Below are positions 17,647-27,814 of a DNA stretch of 64,000 nt, in pieces; the stretch's first letter is position 1, and the number at the start of each line of letters is the position of its first letter. The notes under the pieces are model-generated. The model was given only the letters and a program-made list of their open reading frames with translations. It did not search any database and was not told the origin of the DNA. This stretch comes from Pirellulales bacterium (GTDB lineage Bacteria > Planctomycetota > Planctomycetia > Pirellulales > UBA1268). The stretch spans positions 1,083 to 65,082 of the forward strand of contig JALCBP010000004.1 in assembly GCA_028066355.1 (NCBI GenBank), written 5' to 3'. A program made the translations under genes and the position numbers.

Positions 17647-17895
17647 ATGGAAAATCAGGTTTACGTGAAACTTTTTGCTGGGTTTGCTGAGTCCGCGGGG
17701 GTGAAAGAAGTCCGTGTTGCTGTCAAGCAATTTACGGTGGCAGAGGTTCGTTGTGCTTTGGAGCGTAAGTTGCCGCATCTGGCTTCGTTGTTGTCCCGGA
17801 GTGCTATTGCCATCGACGGTCGCTATGCAGTGGAGAATGACCTGATTTGTACGAGCTCAGAAATTGCCGTTATTCCTCCTGTCAGTGGAGGTTAG
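17647..17895 (+). CDS. moaD: Molybdopterin synthase sulfur-carrier subunit
   Basis: A ubiquitin-like small protein ending ...IAVIPPVSGG (C-terminal Gly-Gly), immediately upstream of moaE. The start is taken at the ATG at 17647, while the ORF opens at 17587. Confidence 0.8.
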   Translation: MENQVYVKLFAGFAESAGVKEVRVAVKQFTVAEVRCALERKLPHLASLLSRSAIAIDGRYAVENDLICTSSEIAVIPPVSGG

Positions 17896-17897
17896 GC

Positions 17898-18374
17898 ATG
17901 CTGCAAGTTGAACTCACCGATGATCGGATTGATGTCTCGCGGGTGCTCGCACATGTGGCAAGCGATCGTGCAGGAGCAAGCGTGGTATTCACTGGCACGA
18001 CGCGGCAAGACACAAATGGCCTCACTACAGACTGGCTTGAGTATGAAGCCTATGAACCGTTGGCGAAGAGGGAACTTGCTCGATTGCAAGAACACGCAGT
18101 TCTTCAGTTTCAAATAGTAAAATGTTCGATCGTGCATAGACTCGGCAAGGTTTTAGTCGGTGAAGTGAGTGTTGCTGTTGCTGTTTCTGCAGTCCACCGA
18201 GCCGAGGCATTTGCTTCAGCGTCATGGCTCATGGATAGGATCAAGATAGAAGTGCCGATATGGAAGCGACAGGTCAATGCTTCCGAAGCCTTTTGGGTCC
18301 ACCCGGAAGGTAGTGACATGTCAGCTAGGAATACTGGTTGGCGTTCACAGGAGCTTTCCGATGAGTTGCTCTAA
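17898..18374 (+). CDS. moaE: Molybdopterin synthase catalytic subunit
   Basis: GASVVFTGTTRQD...LEYEAYEPLA...VHRLGKVLVGEVSVAVAVSAVHRAEAF...IKIEVPIWKR is the typical MoaE pattern. The ATG lies 2 nt after the moaD stop. Confidence 0.88.
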   Translation: MLQVELTDDRIDVSRVLAHVASDRAGASVVFTGTTRQDTNGLTTDWLEYEAYEPLAKRELARLQEHAVLQFQIVKCSIVHRLGKVLVGEVSVAVAVSAVHRAEAFASASWLMDRIKIEVPIWKRQVNASEAFWVHPEGSDMSARNTGWRSQELSDELL

Positions 18375-19386
18375 TCAAGTTTTCGACGCATCCGTCAAAA
18401 AAAATCTTGTTGATCAGTTCGGTAGGTCCCATACGGATCTGCGGATCAGTGTGACAGACAGATGCAACCTTCGGTGCGGGTATTGCATGCCACTCGACGC
18501 GTCTTTTCTCAGCCAGCAAAAACTTTTGACGTATGGTGAGATAGTAAGGTGCGCTCGTGTGGTATCTGAGATGGGTGTTCAAACTATCCGTATAACAGGT
18601 GGCGAACCGCTCATGCGGCCCAGGTTATTTGAGCTTGTTGGGGAGTTGGATAGGTTGCCAAATATTCAAGAAGTTGCTCTCACCACTAATGGCTTACTTT
18701 TAGGAAGTCAGGCTGCAGATTTAGCCAAGTCAGGTTTGTCCCGGCTAAACGTGAGTCTCGACAGTCTTGATGAAGGGCGATTTGAAAAAATCGCTCGTCG
18801 TTCTGGGCTACAGCAAGTTCTTGAAGGTCTCGAAGAGGCAAGTCAGCATGGGTTTCAGTCAATTCGATTGAATGCAGTGTCCATTCGTGGATTAACGGAG
18901 AAAGATATCGTTCCTTTAGCCACATTTTGTCGCGAGCACGCTTTTCACCTGAGATTTATTGAATTCATGCCAGTCGATGCAGAAGGCACATGGTCTCACG
19001 AGGACGTTCTTACGGGTGAAGAGGTACGTCAAATACTTGGGAAGTCTTTTGGTGAACTAATACGAAACGAGAGAAGCGACCCAGGGCAGCCATCGATTGA
19101 CTATACTTATGGGGATGGCAGCGGTGTTGTTGGATTTATCAATCCTGTTTCCCAACCCTTCTGTGATCGCTGCGATAGGTTGCGGCTTACCGCGGATGGA
19201 CAATTTCGTAACTGCCTTTTTTCAGCCACTGATTGGGATGCTCGGGCCTTGCTCAGAACGGGTGGAACAGACGAAGAACTGCAAGTACTTTTAGCTGCAT
19301 GTGTGAACGCGAAGCACTTTTCGCATGGGATAGGCACCGAATCTTTCCAAAGGCCATCAAGGGCTATGTATCAAATCGGCGGGTGA
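18361..19386 (+). CDS. moaA: GTP 3',8-cyclase (radical SAM)
   Basis: LRISVTDRCNLRCGYCMP, IRITGGEPLMRP, ALTTNG, the C-terminal CDRCDRLRLTADGQFRNCLF and ending GG. It overlaps the moaE end by 14 nt. Confidence 0.93.
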   Translation: MSCSNQVFDASVKKNLVDQFGRSHTDLRISVTDRCNLRCGYCMPLDASFLSQQKLLTYGEIVRCARVVSEMGVQTIRITGGEPLMRPRLFELVGELDRLPNIQEVALTTNGLLLGSQAADLAKSGLSRLNVSLDSLDEGRFEKIARRSGLQQVLEGLEEASQHGFQSIRLNAVSIRGLTEKDIVPLATFCREHAFHLRFIEFMPVDAEGTWSHEDVLTGEEVRQILGKSFGELIRNERSDPGQPSIDYTYGDGSGVVGFINPVSQPFCDRCDRLRLTADGQFRNCLFSATDWDARALLRTGGTDEELQVLLAACVNAKHFSHGIGTESFQRPSRAMYQIGG

Positions 19387-19419
19387 TAGCGGGTGGAATG
19401 ACATCGTGGCAACAAACTA

Positions 19420-20589
19420 GTGAATAAAGACGACAACTATCCACAAAGACGGTATCTTGATAATGCAGCGACTACGTGGCCTAAGCCGGAAGTGGTTTGG
19501 GAAGCGTGGCAGCAGGCAGCTAGAGAAAATGGCGTAGCGGTCGGAAGAGGCGCCTATCAAGAGGCGTTAGCAGCAGCAGACCTTGTCCACCAGTTACGCC
19601 AGGAAGTTTCATCATTGCTCGGCGTTTTACCGGAAAGAATCTGCCTGCCGGCATCAGCCACCCTTGGTTTGAATCAGTCCATTCATGGCATCGTCAAGCC
19701 CGGCGATCACGTAATTGCCACGGCGGCTGATCATAATGCAACGCTTCGACCACTTCATTATTTGAGGGAAAAGGGTTGCATATCTTTAACAATTGTGCCG
19801 TGTGATGAACGAGGCGTGGTGGATCCAGATGAACTTGTCCGAGCATGGCAAGCGAATACAAGGCTGGTAACCGTGTCGCATGCATCAAATGTTACAGGGG
19901 TGACCCAGGAAGTTCAGGCAATTGTCAACGTCGCCCGAGAACGAGACACAATTTCAATACTCGATGCTTCTCAGTCCATGGGTCAGGTTGTAATGTCACA
20001 ATACGATTCAATTGCCGACATCATTGTTTCACCTGGCCATAAATGGTTGATGGGAATGCACGGCATAGGAGTGCTCTATGCAAGGCAAGGAATTCATCTT
20101 GATCCACTAATCCAGGGAGGTACGGGTACAACGAGTGAATCGCTTGAAATGCCAGTCAAGATACAGGATCAAGTTGAGGTGGGAACATCAGACTTCCCAG
20201 CCGTCGTGGCACTACTCGCGGGGTGTAGATGGCTAAAAGAGGAAGGATTGAAATCGGTTATCGCTTCTTGCAGAGGGTTTGCTCAAGCGTGCTATGATGA
20301 ATTAAGTGATATCCCTGGAGTTCGTGTAATTAGTCCCGATCCAGCTTCAGGTGCTTTAGGTCCGCCGATTATTAGTATGGTTTGCAAGGGATATTCACCA
20401 GCGGAGGTCGCTGCCTTGTTTGAACAGATTTCGGGTGTTCAAGTGCGTTCCGGGTACCACTGTGCCGCTCGTATCCATGAATTCCTAGGGACCAGTCAGG
20501 GCGGGACTGTTCGCATTTCGTTTGGTCCTTTCAGTGGCATAGAAGATGTAGAGGCGATTATCTCAGCAACAAAAGAAATAATGTTGTAG
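19420..20589 (+). CDS. Aminotransferase class V-fold PLP enzyme (cysteine desulfurase family)
   Basis: YLDNAATTWP, VSHASNVTG, the PLP-lysine context SPGHKWLMGMHGIGVLY and the C-terminal GYHCA. GTG start. Confidence 0.88.
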   Translation: MNKDDNYPQRRYLDNAATTWPKPEVVWEAWQQAARENGVAVGRGAYQEALAAADLVHQLRQEVSSLLGVLPERICLPASATLGLNQSIHGIVKPGDHVIATAADHNATLRPLHYLREKGCISLTIVPCDERGVVDPDELVRAWQANTRLVTVSHASNVTGVTQEVQAIVNVARERDTISILDASQSMGQVVMSQYDSIADIIVSPGHKWLMGMHGIGVLYARQGIHLDPLIQGGTGTTSESLEMPVKIQDQVEVGTSDFPAVVALLAGCRWLKEEGLKSVIASCRGFAQACYDELSDIPGVRVISPDPASGALGPPIISMVCKGYSPAEVAALFEQISGVQVRSGYHCAARIHEFLGTSQGGTVRISFGPFSGIEDVEAIISATKEIML

Positions 20590-20617
20590 AGTGCAGCTCG
20601 ATGAAAGGAGGTGTTGA

Positions 20618-21043
20618 ATGGCAGGTAAGAAGAATGACGTCTGGTATTCAGAGGGTCTGCGCTTTGAGTGCTCGCAATGCGGAGATTGCTGCACTGGTGC
20701 TGAGGGGTATGTCTGGGTTAATCAAGCCGAGATCGATGCAATGTCTGCACGGATGCACATGACTCCAGAGGTTTTTGAGAAACAATTTGTTAGACGGATA
20801 GGCGTTCGGAGGTCGCTCACGGAAAGGCCTGGAGGAGACTGCGTGCTACTCGATGCCAAAACACGTCGTTGCACGATCTATGAGGATCGTCCTCGGCAAT
20901 GTCGAACATGGCCTTTCTGGGATTCTAATCTCAAATCCGCGTCGTCGTGGGGTGAGGCCGCTGCAAGCTGCCCTGGCTGTGACAAGGGTGATCTTGTGCC
21001 ACTGGAGAAAATACAAGAACAGGCAGCAAAGATCCGCATCTAG
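20618..21043 (+). CDS. YkgJ-family cysteine-cluster protein (UPF0153)
   Basis: The CSQCGDCC motif, plus the later CTIYEDRPRQCRTWPFW that is typical of the family. Confidence 0.8.
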   Translation: MAGKKNDVWYSEGLRFECSQCGDCCTGAEGYVWVNQAEIDAMSARMHMTPEVFEKQFVRRIGVRRSLTERPGGDCVLLDAKTRRCTIYEDRPRQCRTWPFWDSNLKSASSWGEAAASCPGCDKGDLVPLEKIQEQAAKIRI

Positions 21044-21169
21044 TGAGCAGGCTGGCTGCTTTAAGGGCCCAAGGTCGCATCTTTAGAGCAACTGGCTCGC
21101 AGGTTAACTCAGGCTGGTTTACAGAGAAACTGAACGACTATGAGGCGCGAAGCAGTTGTAGGGCTTCTC

Positions 21170-21427
21170 TCACAGCACGCCGCCATGGGTTCGGTATGGA
21201 GTCATGTGAGATGGCTGGTCAAGGAACCAAATGCGTTCCCATTCATCAGTAATCGCTCGAAGATCTTCTGATGTGTAGATTAATTCCTGTGCTCTCCGAA
21301 TGGGGTCGCCAGAATACATAGGAATAAGACATCCCGTATTTGTCGCTACGAGAAGTCCCATGACTACGAGTATGATAAATTTGAGGCCGATATCCCACGT
21401 ACCGCTACGGGTATTGTTGGTATTCAT
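21170..21427 (-). CDS. Hypothetical small membrane-anchored protein
   Basis: 85 aa with one N-terminal hydrophobic helix followed by Cys. No family was recognised. Confidence 0.45.
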   Translation of the reverse strand: MNTNNTRSGTWDIGLKFIILVVMGLLVATNTGCLIPMYSGDPIRRAQELIYTSEDLRAITDEWERIWFLDQPSHMTPYRTHGGVL

Positions 21428-21698
21428 CGCGCCGCGCTCCCTGTATCAGTTATGTCGTTCGTCTCAGTCGAAAAGGTAATGTTCTCGTTTTCTATTGCGG
21501 ACAGAGCAGGAACATCCCAGCTGCCGCCTCTTGGGTATAAACTGGCCTTTTCGAGTATCTCGCTCTGAGTTCTATGTACCGTGCAGGCCTTTTCAGTGCG
21601 ATGGTAAAATTTTTCAAACATAGTTGTGTATTGTTGAAATAGGCATGCATATGCTCTGGGAACTGCCACCAACACCGTTTCTCGGTAGGCTGGGAGTT

Positions 21699-21995
21699 TT
21701 AAGGAGACTGTGGCTTGTCGAGGTTCCTTACCCTGGCTTCCATTTCTTTGCCTGGCTTGAAACTCACGAAATACCTGGGTGGGACGTTGACAACGTCTCC
21801 CGTTCGAGGATTTCTGGCAACCCGACCGTCTCTTCGCTTGATTTGAAATATTCCAAAATTCCGAAGTTCGACCCTGCCCTCTTTGACCAGTGCATTTATG
21901 AGTGCGTCGAATGTGGTCTGAACCGCTTCCTGCGCCTTCGCCTTGGGGAGATCTAAACGCTCGGAAATGGTCCGGACGATGTCTTGTTTGGTCAT
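21699..21995 (-). CDS. HU/IHF-family DNA-binding protein
   Basis: From the internal ATG: MTKQDIVRTISERL...GRVELRNFGIFQIKRRDGRVARNPRTGDVVNVPPRYFVSFKPGKEM. The track ORF extends upstream to 22154, but the N-terminal 53 aa look non-coding. Confidence 0.9.
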   Translation of the reverse strand: MTKQDIVRTISERLDLPKAKAQEAVQTTFDALINALVKEGRVELRNFGIFQIKRRDGRVARNPRTGDVVNVPPRYFVSFKPGKEMEARVRNLDKPQSP

Positions 21996-22372
21996 GACTT
22001 TGACACTCCAGTCGTGGAGTTGGGGCCGAAATCGGCTCTTTAGACCCCATGTGGACAGGCCTAGCAGTATGATTGTGTAGGTTTCGTGTCTGTCCGGTAG
22101 GAACCATAATGACGCTTTAGTCGTGATGTCAACGAGGATCGAGACTGTGTGCAAAAAGTGGTATTCACCTTTTCCATATGCTCTATCGGCCTAAAAATCA
22201 GCAGTCTTGAATTAGTCTGCACATTCGGAAGAAATATGAGAACCTGCCTGTTTTTCCTGTTTTGCGTGTCCGTTGGTACTTTGCCCCTGCGGTACACTGT
22301 TTTGATGGTGTGGACTGATCAGTTTCAGTTTTTCAGCCAGTATCAAGCGTTCCTTTGCATGTAGAAAACACG

Positions 22373-23341
22373 ATGACTGCATCTGTTCCTCCGGTGCTTC
22401 CTGATTTGACTGTTCAACTTGGGCGGCTTTCAATACCAAATCCAATCATGGTTGCGTCAGGAACATTTGGCTATGCCAATGAAATGCAGGAATTTGTTCC
22501 CCTCCATCGACTTGGTGGGATTGTCCCCAAAACAATCACGGTTGCACCACGAGCGGGAAACCATCCCTGGCGTACCATAGAGACCGCCTCCGGGTTACTG
22601 AATTCGATCGGGCTTGATAACGACGGTCTTGAAAAGTTTATTCAAGATAAACTTCCTTTTCTTCGTTCATGCGGGGCACCTGTCGTTGTCTCGATTGCAG
22701 GCGGAACAGTTGCTGAGTTTGTGTTGCTTGCCGAGCAACTCGATAAGGAAAATGGAATCGCTGCGCTTGAGTTAAATATCTCATGCCCTAACGTCAGTCA
22801 TGGTGTTGATTTTGCAACGGACCCAGATCTCTGTCGACAAGTAGTCGCCGGTGTACATCAGGCTACTCAATTGCCAGTCATAGCAAAGTTAACACCAAAT
22901 GTGACGGATATAACTTCGATTGCCCAAGCGGCTGCTGATGGAGGAGCGGACGCTGTGACTCTCATCAACACATGTCAGGGCATGGCAGTCAACTGGAGGA
23001 AGCAACAGACGCTTCTGGGAAATGGTATTGGTGGTTTAAGCGGTCCTGCGATTAAACCAATCGCTTTGCGCTGTGTGCATCAGGTTCACACTCGCGTTGG
23101 CATACCCATAATTGGCGTGGGTGGAATTATGACAACGGATGACTGCATGGAGTTCTTTGTTGCTGGAGCCTCAGCCGTACAGATTGGGACAGCGAGTTTT
23201 GCGGAGCCTGTCATCACGAAGCGTATTCTCGACGAACTTCCTGCGGCTATAAATGTGCTCGGAGCATCAGAACTACAACAAATCGTTGGTAGTCTAGTGA
23301 TTGGTGATGGTGTCAAAACATCGGGAAAGAACAAAAAATAA
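22373..23341 (+). CDS. pyrD: Dihydroorotate dehydrogenase (class 1-type catalytic subunit)
   Basis: NPIMVASGTFGY, NSIGLDNDGLEKF, LELNISCPNV, LINT and GGLSGPAIKPIAL, with GGI..DD near the C-terminus. Confidence 0.92.
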   Translation: MTASVPPVLPDLTVQLGRLSIPNPIMVASGTFGYANEMQEFVPLHRLGGIVPKTITVAPRAGNHPWRTIETASGLLNSIGLDNDGLEKFIQDKLPFLRSCGAPVVVSIAGGTVAEFVLLAEQLDKENGIAALELNISCPNVSHGVDFATDPDLCRQVVAGVHQATQLPVIAKLTPNVTDITSIAQAAADGGADAVTLINTCQGMAVNWRKQQTLLGNGIGGLSGPAIKPIALRCVHQVHTRVGIPIIGVGGIMTTDDCMEFFVAGASAVQIGTASFAEPVITKRILDELPAAINVLGASELQQIVGSLVIGDGVKTSGKNKK

Positions 23342-23384
23342 CTCAGAACTGATTGTGGACGTGTTCAAGTTTCGTTAAGGACGC

Positions 23385-24437
23385 GTGACGAACGTATTGG
23401 AGATGGATATCGGCATGCAATCTAATTCAACTTCGGCAGCTAGGATGCGAGTGCTTTCAGGCATTCAGCCAACAGGACGGTTTCATTGGGGTAATTACTT
23501 TGGTGCGATACGCCAATACATCGACCTGCAAGACGCCGGTGAAGGTTTTTATTTTATTGCCGACCTGCATGCACTCACCACAGTTCGCGACCCTGAAAGG
23601 CTTCGTGGATTTGTGCGCGATGCAGCACTTGATTTGGTTGCCTTAGGTCTTGATCCTGAGCGAGCGACTTTATTCGTTCAGTCAGATGTGCCTGAGGTCG
23701 CCGAGCTTACATGGTTGTTAATGACAGTAACGCCAATGGGGCTTTTGGAGCGGTGTCATGCCTACAAAGACAAAAAAGCGAGAGGGATAACCGCAGATGC
23801 TGGGCTTTTTACTTATCCCGTCCTTATGGCTGCGGATATCTTGGCCTACGATGCGGATGTCGTGCCGGTCGGTGAAGATCAGGTGCAACATATTGAGGTA
23901 TGCCGAGATCTAGCAGGTACTTTCAATCATCTCTACGGTGGCAATGTTTTCCGTCTTCCGAAACCAAGGCTTGTTGACGGAGCTGCAAAAGTGCCGGGAA
24001 CTGATGGGCAGAAGATGTCAAAAAGTTATCAGAATACGATCGAGGTGTTTGAAGACTTGCCGGCACAGAAAAAGAAAATCATGCGAATTACAACGGACTC
24101 CCGGTCGATGGAGGAGCCGAAGGATCCGCAAAAAGACCATCTTTACCAACTGTTTTCCCTTCTTGGGTCCGAAAGAGAAGTTTTTGAAATGGGAGAACTC
24201 TATCGACGTGGTGGGTTTGGCTACGGCGAAGTGAAAAAAGCAATTTTTGCCGCAGCCAAAGAGACTTTTGCTGCTGCTCGAGAACGACGGTATGAACTGG
24301 AATCTATTCCAAGCAGAATAGACGAAATCCTTGCCAATGGTGCCCTACGAGCAAGAGCAGTTGCCGGTACTGTTCTCGAGCGCGCACGCGAAGCTTGTGG
24401 GCTTCGTGGTTCATCCGTGCGGGGACATAAAAAATGA
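23385..24437 (+). CDS. trpS: Tryptophan--tRNA ligase
   Basis: [19 protein letters not shown] (HIGH-type), GEDQVQHIE and KMSKS. The true start may be an ATG at 23403, 23415 or 23445 rather than the GTG at 23385. Confidence 0.95.
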   Translation: MTNVLEMDIGMQSNSTSAARMRVLSGIQPTGRFHWGNYFGAIRQYIDLQDAGEGFYFIADLHALTTVRDPERLRGFVRDAALDLVALGLDPERATLFVQSDVPEVAELTWLLMTVTPMGLLERCHAYKDKKARGITADAGLFTYPVLMAADILAYDADVVPVGEDQVQHIEVCRDLAGTFNHLYGGNVFRLPKPRLVDGAAKVPGTDGQKMSKSYQNTIEVFEDLPAQKKKIMRITTDSRSMEEPKDPQKDHLYQLFSLLGSEREVFEMGELYRRGGFGYGEVKKAIFAAAKETFAAARERRYELESIPSRIDEILANGALRARAVAGTVLERAREACGLRGSSVRGHKK

Positions 24438-24853
24438 ATGTGCTTGGTATTGGCACGGACATTACAGAGTGCCTTCGGATCGGCAAAATGATTGAGCGAC
24501 ACGGCGAGCTCTTTGTGCAGCGAGTCTATACCCCTAAGGAAATTGAATACTGCAGGGGCCGCCGGATGGCTATGCAGCACTTTGCTGGCCGATGGGCCGC
24601 AAAAGAAGCAATACTGAAGGCTCTTGGTACGGGGTGGCGACAGGGCATCAGTTGGCGTGATGTTGAGGTACTTAATGGATCTTCAGGAAGACCAGCTGTG
24701 ACTCTCATGGGAGGCACACAGGATCTCGCCGAAAAAATGGGGATAGGTGGTGTGCTTGTGAGTATTTCACATTGTCGTACTCACGCAACTGCTCACGCAA
24801 TTGCGGTGAGCCAGATGCCACCAACCTTTGAACATGATATGCCTTGGGAGTAG
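24434..24853 (+). CDS. acpS: Holo-[acyl-carrier-protein] synthase
   Basis: [16 protein letters not shown]...[18 protein letters not shown]...ISHCRTHA. The start overlaps the trpS stop (ATGA). Confidence 0.92.
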   Translation: MNVLGIGTDITECLRIGKMIERHGELFVQRVYTPKEIEYCRGRRMAMQHFAGRWAAKEAILKALGTGWRQGISWRDVEVLNGSSGRPAVTLMGGTQDLAEKMGIGGVLVSISHCRTHATAHAIAVSQMPPTFEHDMPWE

Positions 24854-24858
24854 GTGGA

Positions 24859-27648
24859 TTACGCCTCAATAAACTTTTCCAGTTCAGCAACTCCGCCCTC
24901 TATGGTCAGGTCGCTTAATGGGGTTCCGTCTTCCACTGGTGTGTGTCCGTCTCGTCGTGTTAGTTCGAGTGTCTGCTGGCTCTTCATGTGGTCAGCGAGT
25001 TCTTTGCGAAGATTTTTCTGTTCTTTTTCAGAGAGTTTTGAAAAAGCTCCTCGTCCCCGACATTTTGGAAACTTGCTGCACCCGAGCCAGGGGCCACGTT
25101 TGCCATCACGAAGATTGAGAAAGCCGCCACACTTTTCACATTCAATATCAGTTGCGATGGGAGGCGGGGCAGGAAATTTCAGGTCTCCTTTTTTGTCAAT
25201 ATTTAGAATAAACGGTGTAGGTGCATCAGAATCAGACTTCTTTCCTGCCTTTTTCTTTGGTGGAGGTGGAACATCTTCGACAAGAAAATCACCAAACCGT
25301 CCAGTTCGTTTGACCATCGGCTTCCCACTTGGTGAGAGAAGGTCTATCTGCTCCGGAAGTTGAGGGCGACCGTCTCTGTCACACGGCATTGCAAAAGTAC
25401 AAGAAGGTATTTCTTTTGGTTTTCGTGCTCGGGGTTTCTTGCCTTTTGCTGTTCTTTTAGGTGGCGGCGGATCTTCAAGAACTTTTTCATTGTAACCCGT
25501 GCAAGATAGAAATTTCCCACCATTTTTAGCTAGAAGGTAATCTAGCCGACGACCACATTCAGGGCATTTGTATGGAGATGGTTTTGAGCGGACAAACTCA
25601 AGGTCTTTCAAGATGTTTAGATAGGGAATCAGTTTCTCATAAAACCGAAGTAGCATCTCCTGCCGTGTTATTTTTCCTGCCGCCACGTCGTCAAGGTCAT
25701 TTTCAATCTCTCGAGTGTAAGCAACTTCAATAAACTGCTGTTCGATGTCGCTGTTGTCAGTGCCATCTTTAAGGAACTCAGTAACCAGTTCACCTCGAAA
25801 AGTAGCGTAGAAACGCTTGGCGATTTGTTCAGCGTAAGCTCGATCTTGAATGACTCTTATGATGCTCGCGTATGTCGAGGGTCTTCCAATGCCTTCCTGT
25901 TCTAGTTTTTTTACGAGCGATGCTTCGGTGTAACGTGGTGGAGGAGACTGAAATTTCTGCTTTGGCTCGATACTAAACGGAGACAACGTTGTTCCTTTGT
26001 CAAACTCTGGAAGCACCTGGTCTCCGTCACCTTTTGGGATACCAATGATTCGCAGGCACCCATCGAATCGCAGTACACGGCCATTTGTCTTGAAGACAGC
26101 CCCAGTGTCTTTATCAGTTCGCCTCATCTGAACTGTCGTGCTGTCCCACTCTGCATCGATCGCTTGGCAGCCAACAAAGGATTGCCAAATGAGTTGGTAG
26201 AGACGAAACTGCTCGTCACTAAGAGCAGAAGCAATAGTGTTTGGGTCACGGAATGGATCGGTTGGTCGAATTGCTTCATGAGCTTCTTGGGCGGACTGAT
26301 CTCTACTTGCGTAAAAACGTGGTTTCTCAGGAAGATATTCTTTGCCTACCTTTTCTTCAAGATAGCGGCGTGCCAGATTAATGGCCTCACCAGACAAATT
26401 TGTCGAATCGGTTCGCATATATGTAATCAAACCGACACTTCCTTCTCCGGGAAGGGTGATGCCCTCATATAGTTGTTGGGCAATACGCATCGTACGGTCA
26501 GCTGCCATGCCGAGCTTGCTGCTTGCGGCTTGCTGCAATGTGCTTGTTATAAAAGGTGGATAAGGTTTTGATTTCGTACGTTTTACTTCAATAGAATCAA
26601 TAGTGTAGATCGCTTTAGGGTCTGGTTTGCCACTAATGCGAATAAGATTTTTCGCCCGCCCTCTCCCATTTTGGTTTTCCTCTCGCTCGATATTTATATC
26701 GAGCAAGCCGGCGGCCTCAGCGGCTGATACAGCCTCGTCAATCAGCTCTTCGGTAGAGTTGTTACTGGCAGTGATCTTTAATGATTTGCCACCAACTTCA
26801 ATAAGATCTGCAGACAGGCTGCGATGATCAGAAAGCCAAGCGGTGCGTTGCTTTATTGTTGGTGGCTTGTTCCGAGTATCTGTCTGGGAGATAAAGTCAT
26901 TCCACTCAGTATGCAATGCGTCTGACGCATCTATATCAAAGCAAAGAGCTCCCGAAATTTCCCAAGATTCATCAGGAGTAAAGGACCGGATTTCTTCTTC
27001 GCGTTCAGCAACGAGCCGTGAAGCAACACTTTGTACACGTCCAGCACTTTTACCGGCGCCTTTTGGCCAAAGAATCGGTGAAGTTAGAAATCCAACGAGG
27101 CGATCAAGAATTCGTCGTGCGCGCTGCGCATCGACGCGGTGCATGTCTATGCCTCGAGGATTCTCGAAAGCTTTTTGAACGTCTGATTTTGTAATTGCAT
27201 CAAAAGTGACTCGTTTTGCATCCGGTGGATTGACCTTTAGTACTTCTGCAAGATGCCAGGCAATTGCTTCACCTTCACGGTCAAGGTCTGTGGCAAACCA
27301 GATATCACGGGCTCCTTTTGCAAGTTTCTTTAGTTCCGTAATTACCTTTTTCTTCCCCGGAGAAATCTCGTAGTCGTCTTCCATTGTCTCAAGGTCGACA
27401 CCGGCAATCTCTGTTTTGGCATCTTTTGCCTTTGAGTCTTTTGCTAATTTGGCCTTGAGATCGCGGATATGCCCAACCGAAGCTCTTACAGTAAATTGGT
27501 TCCCAAGATACTTTTCGATGGTCTTTGCTTTCGCAGGACTTTCTACAATTACGAGCTCGTAGTCCCCGGAAGGGGCCGCTCGGGAAGATGTTTTGCTGCT
27601 TGTAGGAGCCCTGCGGGAGGTCTTTTTGGCCATGAATCTTGGGTGCAA
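24859..27648 (-). CDS. topA: DNA topoisomerase I
   Basis: 929 aa with a TOPRIM start (LVIVESPAKAKTIEKYLG), the active-site region GLITYMRTDS, and several C-terminal CxxC...CxxC zinc ribbons. Confidence 0.97.
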   Translation of the reverse strand: MHPRFMAKKTSRRAPTSSKTSSRAAPSGDYELVIVESPAKAKTIEKYLGNQFTVRASVGHIRDLKAKLAKDSKAKDAKTEIAGVDLETMEDDYEISPGKKKVITELKKLAKGARDIWFATDLDREGEAIAWHLAEVLKVNPPDAKRVTFDAITKSDVQKAFENPRGIDMHRVDAQRARRILDRLVGFLTSPILWPKGAGKSAGRVQSVASRLVAEREEEIRSFTPDESWEISGALCFDIDASDALHTEWNDFISQTDTRNKPPTIKQRTAWLSDHRSLSADLIEVGGKSLKITASNNSTEELIDEAVSAAEAAGLLDINIEREENQNGRGRAKNLIRISGKPDPKAIYTIDSIEVKRTKSKPYPPFITSTLQQAASSKLGMAADRTMRIAQQLYEGITLPGEGSVGLITYMRTDSTNLSGEAINLARRYLEEKVGKEYLPEKPRFYASRDQSAQEAHEAIRPTDPFRDPNTIASALSDEQFRLYQLIWQSFVGCQAIDAEWDSTTVQMRRTDKDTGAVFKTNGRVLRFDGCLRIIGIPKGDGDQVLPEFDKGTTLSPFSIEPKQKFQSPPPRYTEASLVKKLEQEGIGRPSTYASIIRVIQDRAYAEQIAKRFYATFRGELVTEFLKDGTDNSDIEQQFIEVAYTREIENDLDDVAAGKITRQEMLLRFYEKLIPYLNILKDLEFVRSKPSPYKCPECGRRLDYLLAKNGGKFLSCTGYNEKVLEDPPPPKRTAKGKKPRARKPKEIPSCTFAMPCDRDGRPQLPEQIDLLSPSGKPMVKRTGRFGDFLVEDVPPPPKKKAGKKSDSDAPTPFILNIDKKGDLKFPAPPPIATDIECEKCGGFLNLRDGKRGPWLGCSKFPKCRGRGAFSKLSEKEQKNLRKELADHMKSQQTLELTRRDGHTPVEDGTPLSDLTIEGGVAELEKFIEA

Positions 27649-27814
27649 ATGGAGAAAAAGTGAATAATTTCTACGGATATCGGGATTGGCATCAAACTAT
27701 CTGGCGATACAATTTCCGACCTAGTTCTTGTTAAACAGCGTTACCTTCCCCTAACTCTACTTGTCAAGCCTCAGTGGTTTTTCAGCCCGTGGCGCTTCAG
27801 AAAAAGGCGGTTTT

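Noticed and set aside
21424-22107. A 227-aa minus-strand ORF overlapping the HU/IHF gene.
   Set aside because: It lies in an alternative frame of a strongly supported HU-family gene. Its Arg/Gln/Gly/Ser-rich composition looks like translated off-frame coding DNA, and no domain was recognised.
24854-25363. A 169-aa plus-strand ORF antisense to the 3' end of topA, and similar antisense ORFs inside aspS (for example 10728..11306).
   Set aside because: They are antisense to unambiguous housekeeping genes, have Ser/Arg-rich low-complexity translations, and no domains.
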